DNA of 63,431 bases, filler included, from Actinobacteria bacterium UBA7524 (GTDB lineage Bacteria > Actinomycetota > Coriobacteriia > Anaerosomatales > UBA912): the NCBI GenBank assembly GCA_002478275.1. It is 3 parts of 3 records of this genome, joined end to end, with 100 filler letters (N's around TTAATTAATTAA, not from the genome) between each part and the next. Parts side by side here need not be neighbours in the genome. Positions count along the whole stretch, not along the records: positions 26,447 to 56,188 come from DLMY01000035.1; 2 more parts are not named here. The stretch is one strand, 5' to 3'. The position numbers were made by a program, and so were the translations under genes. Below are positions 37,434 to 47,212 of this stretch, piece by piece. The stretch's first letter is position 1; each line of letters begins with the position of its first letter. The notes under the pieces are model-generated. The model saw only the letters and a list, made by a program, of their open reading frames with translations. It was not told the origin of the DNA and ran no database searches.

Positions 37434-38110
37434 TCATCACTCGGCCCCGCGATTGGTCGCGGATCAAGGCCAATCTGGCTGAGATCGGTGCGAGGAGTGT
37501 GTTTCTTGTCGGGTGTGGCCAGTGCGCGACCGTGGCACACACCGGTGGCGAACAGGAGTTGCTGGAGGCGAAAGCCAGGTTTGAGAGCGAGGGCATCGCA
37601 GTGGCCGGCTGGGCTGTCGGCGAGGTGGCGTGTCACCTGGGCGGAACTCGCCTGACGACGCGCAAGCATCACGGCGAACTCGATGAAGCGGACGCGATAG
37701 TGGTCCTGGCCTGCGGTGCGGGCGTGCAGACGGTCGCGGATTCCACGAGCAAGCCGGTGTTCCCGGGACTTGATTCGGTGTTCCTCGGCAATGTGATCAG
37801 GCATGGAGTGTTCGAGGAGCGCTGTCAGATGTGCGGCGACTGCGTTCTGGACCTGACTGCGGGGATATGCCCGGTCACGACATGTCCCAAGGGGCTGCTT
37901 AACGGTCCGTGCGGTGGCATGTGGGAGGGCAAGTGCGAGGTGCTGACCGACCGCGATTGTACGCACGTGCGTATCCAGCGGCGGCTCGCCGAACAGGGAA
38001 GGCGGCAGACGGACGTGTTACCGCCGAAGGATTACTCGAAGAAGCTCAAGCCGGGTGCGATCAACTTGCGAGATGGCCGCACTACCCGGTCCGGCGGTGA
38101 GGGTCGATGA
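37430..38110 (+). CDS. metV: Methylenetetrahydrofolate reductase small subunit (MetV-like)
   Basis: GCGQCAT, LACGAGVQ, CQMCGDCVL..GICPVTTCPKGLLNGPCGG. Confidence 0.88.
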   Translation: MIITRPRDWSRIKANLAEIGARSVFLVGCGQCATVAHTGGEQELLEAKARFESEGIAVAGWAVGEVACHLGGTRLTTRKHHGELDEADAIVVLACGAGVQTVADSTSKPVFPGLDSVFLGNVIRHGVFEERCQMCGDCVLDLTAGICPVTTCPKGLLNGPCGGMWEGKCEVLTDRDCTHVRIQRRLAEQGRRQTDVLPPKDYSKKLKPGAINLRDGRTTRSGGEGR

Positions 38111-38964
38111 GCAAGCTGGCTGAAGCGCTGGGGCGCGGGGAGTTCGTGGTGACGGGTGAAGTCTCGCCACCCCTGGGGACCGATGTCACGGCGATGCTGG
38201 CGAGCGTTGCGACTCTGGGGCCGTCGTGTCATGCGCTCAACGTGACCGACAACCAGGGCGCGACACTGCATATGGCATCACTTGCCGCTGCGCGACTGGT
38301 GCTCGATGCCGGTCATGAGCCTATCTTCCAGCAGACCTGCAGGGACAGGAACCGGCTGGCTTTGCAGTCGGATCTGCTCGCAGCCTGGGCGATCGGCCTC
38401 GAGAACCTCCTGGTCGTCACCGGTGACGATCCGCGTGGGGGAGATCACCCGGAGGCGAAGGGTGTGTTCGACCTGGACTCCACCCAGCTGCTCGAGGTGG
38501 TCTCGGGGATGAATGAGGGACGCGACATGATCGGCCGCGAACTGACCGGCAAGACAGGCTTCTTCGCCGGTGCTGCGGCCTTCCCTGAGGCTGAGCCCTA
38601 TGAGGCGCAGATAGTGCGTGCGAAGCGCAAAGTGGCGGCGGGGGCGCGTTTCGTACAGACACAGGCGGTGTTCGACATGGACAAGCTCGCGCGTGCATCG
38701 CGGGACTTGAGGGCGGAGGGAGCAAGCGTCATCGCCGGTATCCTCTTACTCAAGAGTCCCCGGGTCGTCGATTTCATCAACAACAAGCTTGCGGGGCTGA
38801 TGGTTCCTACCCATATCGAACAGCGGGTACGTAAGGCGACAGACCCGGTCTCCGAGGCCATCGAGCTTGCAAGAGAGCAAGTCGCCGCGTGCCGTGAGGT
38901 GTGTGACGGCGTACACATCATGCCGCTCGGTCTCGACTCGGCCGTCGCGGAGATACTGCGCTAG
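38107..38964 (+). CDS. metF: Methylenetetrahydrofolate reductase
   Basis: NVTDN, TCRDRNRLALQSDL, TGD, FDLDS, QTQAVFD, GVHIM. Confidence 0.92.
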   Translation: MSKLAEALGRGEFVVTGEVSPPLGTDVTAMLASVATLGPSCHALNVTDNQGATLHMASLAAARLVLDAGHEPIFQQTCRDRNRLALQSDLLAAWAIGLENLLVVTGDDPRGGDHPEAKGVFDLDSTQLLEVVSGMNEGRDMIGRELTGKTGFFAGAAAFPEAEPYEAQIVRAKRKVAAGARFVQTQAVFDMDKLARASRDLRAEGASVIAGILLLKSPRVVDFINNKLAGLMVPTHIEQRVRKATDPVSEAIELAREQVAACREVCDGVHIMPLGLDSAVAEILR

Positions 38965-39152
38965 GCGTCTTCCGGCGCGGTCCTTCTGCGCTTGCGCGAC
39001 CTGTCGTGCGGTACCTCGGTGTAGGAGGTTCAGCGCACTGTATCAGCAGCTCATCACTGCGGGCAGCATTCCGTCCCTGATTCGGCCCAGTTTCTCTCCT
39101 TGCGTAACCGGTAGCGGCGCGCTCTCGTTATCATCGTTAAGGAGGCTGAATC

Positions 39153-39917
39153 ATGCTACTCGAACGCTACGAGAGACGGCCGGAAGACGCGACCTCTGGC
39201 TTGGGGACCGCCAAGCGGGCGGCGGTCTTCGGTGCCCTGTCGGAGCTCTTCTGTCCCGGCGACGTCGCAGTCCTTGCGGATTCCCTGGGGTCCGGCGCTT
39301 GTGTACAGCTGGCGCATACCGGCGACGACCGTCTGGATTCAGCCGTACCCGTTTCACCCGACGTTGACGGACTCGCCGCATACGTTCAGGCCATCGAACT
39401 CCTGGCGGAGTCGTGCTCGGCGGAAGGACGCTTCGACGACCCTCGTTACGGCCTCCGCGAGGAGACCCTGGACGCCGCCAGAGCGTGGCTGCTCAATGCG
39501 GGCAATATGGGTACGCTCTCTGCTGAGCACCGGCGGCTGTTCGGGGGGCGCTCCCTCGGAAACGGTTTACCCGAGATCGCTCCGTACGGTGCGTGGTACT
39601 TCGAGGATGCTGAGGGCACGGCCGCAGAGGTGAGCCGGCTGTACAAGTGGGCAGGCTATAGACCTGTATTGGCAGATACGTGCCCGACGCACATCGCGAA
39701 TGAACTCGGATTCATCGCGGCATGCTTCTCAGAGTCCGCCGACGACCGACTCAGAGCGGATGGATCACTGGACCGGTTCATGCGCAGTCATGTGATGAAC
39801 TGGGCGCTGCTGTTCGCTGCCGCCACCGCCGCTCGTGCCGATCATCCGGTGCTGAAGTTCGCGGGTCTGGCGCTTGAGGACACACTGTTCATCCAGTGGG
39901 AACGTCTGGGAGACTGA
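39153..39917 (+). CDS. TorD/DmsD-family molybdoenzyme chaperone-like protein
   Basis: APYGAWY, PTHIANELGF (PDH/ELxF-like), FMRSHVMNW; AGGAGG RBS. Confidence 0.65.
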   Translation: MLLERYERRPEDATSGLGTAKRAAVFGALSELFCPGDVAVLADSLGSGACVQLAHTGDDRLDSAVPVSPDVDGLAAYVQAIELLAESCSAEGRFDDPRYGLREETLDAARAWLLNAGNMGTLSAEHRRLFGGRSLGNGLPEIAPYGAWYFEDAEGTAAEVSRLYKWAGYRPVLADTCPTHIANELGFIAACFSESADDRLRADGSLDRFMRSHVMNWALLFAAATAARADHPVLKFAGLALEDTLFIQWERLGD

Positions 39918-39995
39918 GAGGTCAGAAGTACTCGTCTTGCCCTGCCCCATCAGGTATTATGAAACCTGAACGTCGGGCGGCAGGGCGAGGCGTCC

Positions 39996-40952
39996 ATGTC
40001 AAACATCGAGCACGGGCAGGATGTACGACCAGGGTCGAGAACCCGACCATCGAGTCGTTGGTTTGCTGCTGCAATGGCCGCAACACTGGTAGGCGTGCTT
40101 CTTGTTGCCCTGGCGCTTCGTTCGGAGGCCAAGGTGGACGCTGGAGTCGAGACGCCGCAGGCGTTCAGTCCGGGCGTGCCGGAATCCGAGGAGCCCCTCA
40201 CTATCATGGTCGCGCGCACGCCCGGCGGAGCGGGGGAGTGGGCGAACTGGGCGCGCGTCATCAAGTACCTCTCCGCCGAACTCGATACCCCGGTCAGGGT
40301 CCGGTACGTCGCCAAGGACCAGGAGTCCAGTGAGGTCATGGCAAGCGAAGAGGTGGACATCGCCTTCGTGTGTGCACACCAGTACCTGACCATGCTCGAT
40401 GAGGGCCTGGCGCGAGGATTGTGCACCCCTGTCGTCGACGGCGCCTCGACGACTCGGCAACTCCTGGTCGTCAGGGCAGAAGATGACGCGCAGACGATCC
40501 ACGACCTTGAGGGGGCCCAGGTCGCTTGCTCCGACTCCAGCGCTCTCGGGGGCATGTCGTTCCTCTATTACCATTCCCGGCAGTCGGGAATCGACCCCGA
40601 GGAGTTCTTCGGGTCGATACTCACCGGCGATACCCAGCAGCAGAACATCCACGACCTGCTGGCCGGTCGGGTGAGGGCCACCGTGGTCAGCTCGGTCCAG
40701 GCGCTGGACTACGACATGACGAAGATGAAGGTCGTTGAATCCTCGGAGCCCATCGGCCTTCCGCCGGTCGTGTGTTCTGCCTCGATGAGCGAGCACCTTG
40801 CGCAACGGGTCGTCGATGCGCTGGTGTCTTTCAATGCTGATGTCGAGCTGCCGGCGACGAGCCGGATAGACGGCTTCGTGGTGCTCGACCCTCTGGCATA
40901 CGAATACGCGGACCGTATTCGCGACGCATGCGGTCACCATGCCCATGAGTGA
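39996..40952 (+). CDS. PhnD-family oxyanion-binding protein (AioX/ArxX-like)
   Basis: TM/signal; YLSAELDTPV, DIAFVCAHQY, DLEGAQVA.SDSS..G, LPPVV; directly upstream of a kinase with no ABC permease nearby. Confidence 0.75.
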   Translation: MSNIEHGQDVRPGSRTRPSSRWFAAAMAATLVGVLLVALALRSEAKVDAGVETPQAFSPGVPESEEPLTIMVARTPGGAGEWANWARVIKYLSAELDTPVRVRYVAKDQESSEVMASEEVDIAFVCAHQYLTMLDEGLARGLCTPVVDGASTTRQLLVVRAEDDAQTIHDLEGAQVACSDSSALGGMSFLYYHSRQSGIDPEEFFGSILTGDTQQQNIHDLLAGRVRATVVSSVQALDYDMTKMKVVESSEPIGLPPVVCSASMSEHLAQRVVDALVSFNADVELPATSRIDGFVVLDPLAYEYADRIRDACGHHAHE

Positions 40953-42495
40953 GGTTCCCACATCACCGAGTCGCGAGCTTCGGACGGCCAGCCGTCGCTC
41001 ACTGTCGTTCAGATACGTGGCGCTCATAGTCGGCCTCGTGGTCACCGTCGGCATGCTGCTCGGTTTGGCCGGTACGGTCGCGTCGGTACGCATCGCTGCT
41101 GATGAGCGAAGCAAGAGCCTGCGGTACGGTGCTTCAGTGGTCGCGGCATCCTTGATCCCTGTTGTCGCGGATCAGGACAGCGGCAGGATTGAAGCACAGT
41201 TGGTGGAGATTCTCGGCGCGAGTTCAGACCACGCGATCGAGTGCATCGCCATCAAGGATGCGAGCGGAGCCACCATCGCCGAGATCGAGGGCGGTGATGG
41301 ATGGCGGCACCGCGGTCAGGGCGGGGCTTTGCTCGATGTGTTCACGGAACCTCAGGTGATCGTCGCACCGATAGTCGTCGATGGGTTGCCTGTCGCAGAG
41401 ACTTGGGTCCAGTACAAGCCGGTCGGCCTGACCGCCGCGTTGGAGCGCCCCGTCAGGGTGACAGGCATCATCGTGCTTGCCGCGATGGTGGCCTCGGGAC
41501 TGTGGGGCGGCTTCATGGTCTTGCGCACCGTGGTCGAGCCTATCGAGGAGCTGCGGGATGCCGCTGCCGAGATTGCGAACGGTCGTCGAGACGTCGTGCT
41601 GTCGAGCACCCGGTCTGACGAGATCGGTCAACTTGCAGCTGCTCTGGATGACATGACCCGCCAGCTTCGTCGTCAGGAGCAGGACCTGGTGGAGTCGTAC
41701 GAATCACTGCATAGGGCTTTCGAGGAGAAGACCGAGCTCGCGAAGGGCCTGGAGCGTACGATGAACGCCAAGTCCAACTTCGTAGCTGCGGTCTCTCACG
41801 AGCTGCGTAGTCCTATGGCGGTTCTAAGCCTCTACGGAGAGATGCTTCAGAGTGAAGAATTCGGTCGCCTCGATCCGCAGCTCGGGCAGGCGGTCGGCTC
41901 CATGGTGGCGGCTGTTTCAAGGCTTTCGAGTATCGTCCAGGGCCTGATCGATGTGGCGATGCTCGAACGCGGCGTGATCACACTGGAGTTCGCAGACGTA
42001 CCCCTGCACGATCTCGCCGCCCAGGCCGTGGCTGACGCCCTTGTCTTCGCACGCGAGCGCGAGGTAAGAGTCGAGCTGCTGCATCCGGTCCCTGAGCGAG
42101 TCGTCAGAGTGGATGGGGTCAGATTGCGTCAGGCGCTCGACAATCTCCTGTCCAACGCCGTCAAGTTCTCGCCTCCCGACTCGGTCGTTTCAGTGCATCT
42201 TCTCGATGACGAGAAGGATCTCGTCATCGAGGTCGCCGATGAGGGTCCCGGCGTCCCGGAGGACTTCGCCGGCTCGTTGTTCGATCTCTTCTCACGTGCG
42301 GACAATGAAGACAATGCGACCGCCAGCGGTCTGGGTCTGGGGTTGGCGATCGCTGACCGCATCATGAGAGCGCACGGCGGAAGCGTCTCCTTCAGGCCTA
42401 ACCCCCATGGAAGAGGAACCGTGTTCTCGTTGCGTCTACCGTCATCTGGTGTTCCTGCAAGGCAGAAACATGCATCGGTGAAGGTGGTATCGTGA
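40945..42495 (+). CDS. HAMP-domain sensor histidine kinase
   Basis: Two TMs, DEIGQLA HAMP, VSHELRSP H-box, NLLSNAVKF, DEGPG, GLGLGL. Confidence 0.93.
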   Translation: MSEVPTSPSRELRTASRRSLSFRYVALIVGLVVTVGMLLGLAGTVASVRIAADERSKSLRYGASVVAASLIPVVADQDSGRIEAQLVEILGASSDHAIECIAIKDASGATIAEIEGGDGWRHRGQGGALLDVFTEPQVIVAPIVVDGLPVAETWVQYKPVGLTAALERPVRVTGIIVLAAMVASGLWGGFMVLRTVVEPIEELRDAAAEIANGRRDVVLSSTRSDEIGQLAAALDDMTRQLRRQEQDLVESYESLHRAFEEKTELAKGLERTMNAKSNFVAAVSHELRSPMAVLSLYGEMLQSEEFGRLDPQLGQAVGSMVAAVSRLSSIVQGLIDVAMLERGVITLEFADVPLHDLAAQAVADALVFAREREVRVELLHPVPERVVRVDGVRLRQALDNLLSNAVKFSPPDSVVSVHLLDDEKDLVIEVADEGPGVPEDFAGSLFDLFSRADNEDNATASGLGLGLAIADRIMRAHGGSVSFRPNPHGRGTVFSLRLPSSGVPARQKHASVKVVS

Positions 42496-42526
42496 GTTCG
42501 GCGACTATTCGGAATCGGAGGTTGCG

Positions 42527-43273
42527 TTGAACACCGCAGCTGAGACACCAACGCGGGGCACTATCCTCATCGTGGACGACAGCGCCGATCTGGTGAGAGG
42601 ACTCAGCACCCTTCTCACGAACGAGGGCTACAGGGTCTCCTCGTTGCCTAGCGGAGCCGGAGTCGCTGAGATCGTAGCGATGCAGCGGCCGGATCTCATC
42701 GTCCTCGATGTGATGATGCCTGTGGTCGATGGCTGGGAAGCCCTGAAGCGGATTCGCGAGAATCCCGCAAACGCGAGATTGCCGGTGATGATGCTCACCG
42801 CCAAAGGGACAGAGGACGCGAAAGTCCAAGGCTTCACGCTAGGAGCCGACGATTACCTCGCCAAACCATTCTCCGTGCGCGAGTTCAAGTGCCGCGTCGA
42901 AGCGCTGTTGCGAAGGAGCAGGCCCGAGGAGTTCGCCGAGGAGTGCCCGTTGCCCATCGCCTCGGACGCGGGTACCGAGTTCATCGACGCGAAGGATGTC
43001 TTCTACATCGAGGGGATTCGCAACTACACATACTTGCACACGTATGACGCTCGCTTCCTGGGCAAGCTCTCTCTCGGGCAGCTTGAGGCGAAGGAGATCC
43101 CTGGGTTCGTGCGAGTCCATCGGTCCTATATCGTCAGGTTGAGTGCGGTGCGCGGATACGGGTGGGCAACCCGTTCGGCGTTCCGCCTTGTCATGAACGA
43201 CGCCGCAGGCACTTCCATACCTGTGAGCCGTTCGCTGATCACCGAGGTGAAGCGAAGCATAAACGAGCGGTGA
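42527..43273 (+). CDS. Response regulator with LytTR DNA-binding domain
   Basis: ILIVDD, LDVMMP, GADDYLAKPF; IEGIRNY, FVRVHRSYIV, IPVSR. Confidence 0.9.
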   Translation: MNTAAETPTRGTILIVDDSADLVRGLSTLLTNEGYRVSSLPSGAGVAEIVAMQRPDLIVLDVMMPVVDGWEALKRIRENPANARLPVMMLTAKGTEDAKVQGFTLGADDYLAKPFSVREFKCRVEALLRRSRPEEFAEECPLPIASDAGTEFIDAKDVFYIEGIRNYTYLHTYDARFLGKLSLGQLEAKEIPGFVRVHRSYIVRLSAVRGYGWATRSAFRLVMNDAAGTSIPVSRSLITEVKRSINER

Positions 43274-43370
43274 AACGGTCGGCTATGATGGTTTCAGGGC
43301 GTCATCCGGACGCGCGTTCGTCGAGCATGTGGGTGAGTCCGGTGCTCATTTGTACCTTTGGAGGTAGTAG

Positions 43371-44747
43371 ATGCGATTGGTCGTGATAGGTGGAGGCCCG
43401 GGCGGTTATGCGGCGGCCTTCGAGGCTGCAGGTCTCGGAGCCGACGTCACAGTGGTGGAGAAAGAGCGTCTTGGCGGTACATGCCTGAACTGGGGTTGCA
43501 TACCTACTAAGACTATTCTCCGCTCGGCCCGTATCGTAGCCGACACCCGTGAAGCCGAGGAATTCGGTCTCGACGCCGGCATCGCGAGTGTCGACGTGGA
43601 GCGGCTGCGATCTCGCAAGGAGGGCGTGGTAGACGAGCTCGTCGGGCAGGTCGAGGGTCAGGCCAGGCGACTGAAGGTCCGTATCGTCTCAGGGAGGGGG
43701 CGCCTGTCCGGCGGAGGCGTCGATGTGGCACTCAAGGACGGTGGCACCGAGCGGATCGACGCCGATGCGGTCATCCTCGCAACCGGTTCCACGGTTCTGC
43801 GGCTTCCGAATATCGACCATGAGCTACCCGGGGTCTGGACGAGCGACGACGCGGTCTCGCTAACGGAGATTCCCAAGGACATCGTGATCATCGGCGGCGG
43901 CGTGATCGGCTTGGAGTTCGCCTGTGCGTACGCAGCCTTCGGCTCCAGAGTGGTCGTTGTCGAGCTGATGGACCAGGTCCTGCCCGGCAACGATCGACGT
44001 GTCGCCCGGCTCGCACAGAGCAAGCTGGAGGAGCTCGGCGTCGAGTTCCTCATCGGCGACGCGATCGAGTCTGTCGAAAGAGCGGACGAGCGCATGTACT
44101 CGTCCTTGCGCAGCGGTGCCGTGCTCGAGAGCGAGATCGTCATGAGTGCTGTCGGCCGGGTTCCGAACTCAGAGGACCTCGGTCTGGCCAAGGAAGGTAT
44201 CGAGATGGATCGAGCCGCGGTCAAGGTCGACGAGTTCTTCCGGACCAACGTTCCCGGTGTCTACGCGATCGGGGACTTGATCGGCGGAATGATGCTCGCG
44301 CATGTCGCAGAGCACGAAGGCGTCGCCGCAGCGCGCAACGCGGTCGCCGCGCTCAGGGGCGAGGAGCCCAGCGAGACGGTGGACCTGAGCTGCATCCCGG
44401 CTTGCGTCTACACCTTCCCCGAGATCGCGGTCGTAGGTTCAAGCAGGGATTCGGCTAAGGCGGCCGGGATCGATGCGGTGCAAGCCGTGGCGAAGTTCTC
44501 TGCGAACGGCAAGGCGCTGGGCGAAGGCGAATCCGACGGGTTCGTGCAGATCGTCGCCGAGAAGGGGACCGGCCGGATCGTGGGGTGTCAGATAGTCGGG
44601 CCCCATGCGGTCGAGATCATCCATGAAGTCGCATTGGCGATGTGCCACGGCATCTCGGCGGGAGGCCTTGCTCATACCGTTCACGCGCATCCTACCGTGA
44701 GTGAGGTCATCAAGTTCGCCGCACTCGACGCTGCCAGCAAGGTCTGA
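43371..44747 (+). CDS. lpdA: Dihydrolipoyl dehydrogenase
   Basis: GGGPGGY, GGTCLNWGCIPTK, MLAHVA, HAHPTVSE. Confidence 0.93.
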   Translation: MRLVVIGGGPGGYAAAFEAAGLGADVTVVEKERLGGTCLNWGCIPTKTILRSARIVADTREAEEFGLDAGIASVDVERLRSRKEGVVDELVGQVEGQARRLKVRIVSGRGRLSGGGVDVALKDGGTERIDADAVILATGSTVLRLPNIDHELPGVWTSDDAVSLTEIPKDIVIIGGGVIGLEFACAYAAFGSRVVVVELMDQVLPGNDRRVARLAQSKLEELGVEFLIGDAIESVERADERMYSSLRSGAVLESEIVMSAVGRVPNSEDLGLAKEGIEMDRAAVKVDEFFRTNVPGVYAIGDLIGGMMLAHVAEHEGVAAARNAVAALRGEEPSETVDLSCIPACVYTFPEIAVVGSSRDSAKAAGIDAVQAVAKFSANGKALGEGESDGFVQIVAEKGTGRIVGCQIVGPHAVEIIHEVALAMCHGISAGGLAHTVHAHPTVSEVIKFAALDAASKV

Positions 44748-44784
44748 GTAAGCGGCATTCGAGAGGCTGCTCCCGAGCGGGTAC

Positions 44785-44845
44785 TTGCTTGCGACGGTCG
44801 ATACGGATATGGTTCGATACACGTCGAAGTTCGATATCCATCGAA
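44785..44845 (+). promoter_or_regulatory. Promoter with tandem palindromic operators (probable ArsR boxes)
   Basis: TTGCTT-N17-TATGGT, then TTCGA-N6-TCGAA twice (44813-28, 44830-45). Confidence 0.6.
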
Positions 44846-44894
44846 TTGCCCAGGTCTGCAGACTGATTCGCCATTACGCTACAAGGAGCGACAC

Positions 44895-46022
44895 GTGCCG
44901 GAGTTCCATCTCAAGAACGAGTGGCGTCGACTACTGATCGTGCTAGGCGGGTTTGCGGCCACCTACTTCATGCCGATGGGTTCTCCCCGCTTCACCGACG
45001 CGATACTCTCAGGCTTCGGACTGCTGCATGAATACGCACAAGAGCACGTGCTCACTTGCCTGGTCCCGGCGTTCTTCATCGCTGGCGCTATCTCGGTACT
45101 GGTGCGCAAGGATCTCGTCCTGCGATACCTGGGGAGTCAGGCGCATCGGGTCGTCTCGTATGGTCTTGCCGCCGTCTCCGGGGCCGTGTTGGCGGTGTGT
45201 TCATGCACGATCCTTCCCTTGTTCGCGGGAATCCGTAAGAGAGGCGCGGGGCTGGGGCCGGCGATCACGTTTCTCTTTTCGGGTCCGGCCATCAACATCG
45301 CAGCGATGTTCCTGACGCTCTCAGTGCTCGGCTTCAAGATCGGTATCGCCCGGATCGTCGCGGCCATTCTGCTGTCGGTGATCGCTGGTCTCACGATGCA
45401 GGCGCTGTTCCGTGAGCGCCCGGAAGAAGGCGGCCTGTTCATAGAGGAGCCGAATCAAGCCACTGTCGTCCCAAGGGTCCAGATTCCGTTCTTTGCGGCG
45501 ATGGTGGGAATCCTGGTCGTCAATGGGCTCGCTGTCGACCCCGCGTTGAAGTTCGGGTTGATCGGAGTGCTTGCGGCCACCGTTGCCCTTCTGGCGGTGT
45601 TCGGTCTGCGTGGAGATGCCGCAAGGGAATGGCTCACTGAGACGTGGTCATTCACCAAGACGCTCTTGCCGCTGCTGTTCATCGGCGTGTTCATCGCCGG
45701 TTTCGTCATGCCCTTCATCCCTGACGCATGGGTCGTGTCGCTTGTGGGCGCGAACGACCTGAGGGGTAACCTCGTCGCAGCAGTGTTCGGTGCGTTCATG
45801 TACTTCTCGACACTGACAGAGATTCCGATTCTGCAGGCACTGATCAGCAAAGGTATGGCGGACGGACCTGCCCTGGCCCTGCTACTCGCCGGTCCTTCGT
45901 TGAGCCTGCCGAACATGTTGGTTATCCGCAGAGTCTTGGGGACAGCAAAGACCGCAGCGTACGTGCTCATCGTCGTGGTGTACGCTACCGTTGGCAGCTG
46001 GCTTTTCGGCTTGCTGTGGTGA
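44895..46022 (+). CDS. ArsP-like permease (DUF318)
   Basis: HVLTCLVPAFFIAGAI, AVCSCTILPLF, FLFSGPAIN, MYFSTLTE, GPSLSLP. Confidence 0.88.
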   Translation: MPEFHLKNEWRRLLIVLGGFAATYFMPMGSPRFTDAILSGFGLLHEYAQEHVLTCLVPAFFIAGAISVLVRKDLVLRYLGSQAHRVVSYGLAAVSGAVLAVCSCTILPLFAGIRKRGAGLGPAITFLFSGPAINIAAMFLTLSVLGFKIGIARIVAAILLSVIAGLTMQALFRERPEEGGLFIEEPNQATVVPRVQIPFFAAMVGILVVNGLAVDPALKFGLIGVLAATVALLAVFGLRGDAAREWLTETWSFTKTLLPLLFIGVFIAGFVMPFIPDAWVVSLVGANDLRGNLVAAVFGAFMYFSTLTEIPILQALISKGMADGPALALLLAGPSLSLPNMLVIRRVLGTAKTAAYVLIVVVYATVGSWLFGLLW

Positions 46023-46047
46023 GTGAGCGGATCGAAAGGGCGTCTGT

Positions 46048-46374
46048 ATGAACGTAACGATACACAGCTTGCCCGAGAGTGACCCGCGGACGGATGCGGT
46101 GTTCAAGGCCCTAGCTTCTCACCAACGACGCGAGATACTGCGGATCTTGGGTGCCGAGGATCCAGACGACAAGAAGACATGTTGTGATCCGGGCGAGATC
46201 TGTGCCTGTAGATTGGGGGAGCGGCTGGGACTGGCGCCCTCGACCATCACGCATCATATGTCACTGCTGAGGCGTGCTGGATTGGTGCATATGCGGCGGG
46301 ATGCCCAGTGGGCCTACTACCGTATCGATCGAGAGCGTCTACGTGAGGTCGTGGCCGCACTCAAGCGCATCTGA
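46048..46374 (+). CDS. arsR: ArsR/SmtB-family regulator
   Basis: FKALA..RREIL, CC..EICAC, STITHHM..L..AGLV. Confidence 0.88.
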   Translation: MNVTIHSLPESDPRTDAVFKALASHQRREILRILGAEDPDDKKTCCDPGEICACRLGERLGLAPSTITHHMSLLRRAGLVHMRRDAQWAYYRIDRERLREVVAALKRI

Positions 46375-46411
46375 GCGGATGTCACGCCGTGTGATCGACT
46401 AGGAGGAGATC

Positions 46412-46669
46412 GTGATCATCAAGGTACTCGGGTCAGGATGCACCAACTGTACGAGGTTGGAGAAGGCTGCGCGGGATGCGGTTGCACAGCTTGGAATCGA
46501 GGCGACGGTCGAGAAGGTCACCGACCTTGGCGACATCGTGTCATACGGGATCATGACCACTCCCGCGTTGGTCGTCGATGAGAATGTGAAGTCGGCCGGG
46601 CGCGTCCTGACCACCGAGGAGATCGTGCGGATCCTTGAGCGGTCGAGTCAGGGAGATGTCTGTGACTGA
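46412..46669 (+). CDS. Small thioredoxin-like redox disulfide protein (MTH895-type)
   Basis: IKVLGSGCTNC, YGIMTTPALVVD; AGGAG RBS. Confidence 0.88.
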   Translation: MIIKVLGSGCTNCTRLEKAARDAVAQLGIEATVEKVTDLGDIVSYGIMTTPALVVDENVKSAGRVLTTEEIVRILERSSQGDVCD

Positions 46670-47207
46670 TACGCAGAGCACCAGATCGAAGATTGCGATC
46701 GTCATGGCGGTTGCGATCCTCTTCATTGCGGTCTTGATCGTGCGGAACGGCGACGGCACGAACGCAGGTCGACAGGGCGGTGTAGAAGCCCCGTCCATCG
46801 AGACGCGTGATCCGGTCGCGGCCTTCGAAGAGGCGCTCTTCTCGGGTAAGCCTATCTACGTACTCTTTCACTCGAAGACCTGTGCGCCGTGCGCTGAGAT
46901 CGAGGCCACGGCTCATGAGGTCCTGCCGGACTACTCTGCGGATGTGACGTTCGTCGATGTGATCACCGACGATCCTCGCGCGCGGCCTCTCTTGTCGCGT
47001 TTTCGCTTTCAGTACATACCGACATCCTTCTTTCTTGCGGCGGACGGCTCAGAGGTCGACAGCCACACAGGCGTTCTCGATGCCGATGAGTTGAGGCGCC
47101 GACTTGATGAGCTGGTCGTCGATACGGAGAATCACCTGGAGGCGAACCCGCCGCTGTACGCGGGCCACGTCGGTGGCGATGATGGATCCACAGGGACCAG
47201 GGACTGA
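46656..47207 (+). CDS. Membrane-anchored thioredoxin-family protein
   Basis: TM helix; CAPC motif; YIPTSFF. Confidence 0.8.
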   Translation: MSVTDTQSTRSKIAIVMAVAILFIAVLIVRNGDGTNAGRQGGVEAPSIETRDPVAAFEEALFSGKPIYVLFHSKTCAPCAEIEATAHEVLPDYSADVTFVDVITDDPRARPLLSRFRFQYIPTSFFLAADGSEVDSHTGVLDADELRRRLDELVVDTENHLEANPPLYAGHVGGDDGSTGTRD

Positions 47208-47212
47208 GCGGT

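Noticed and set aside
46660..46669. Other TGA stops near Cys-rich ends (also 5195, 40950) as Sec codons
   Set aside because: No homolog-supported Cys alignment or convincing hairpin; the next genes overlap or start shortly after
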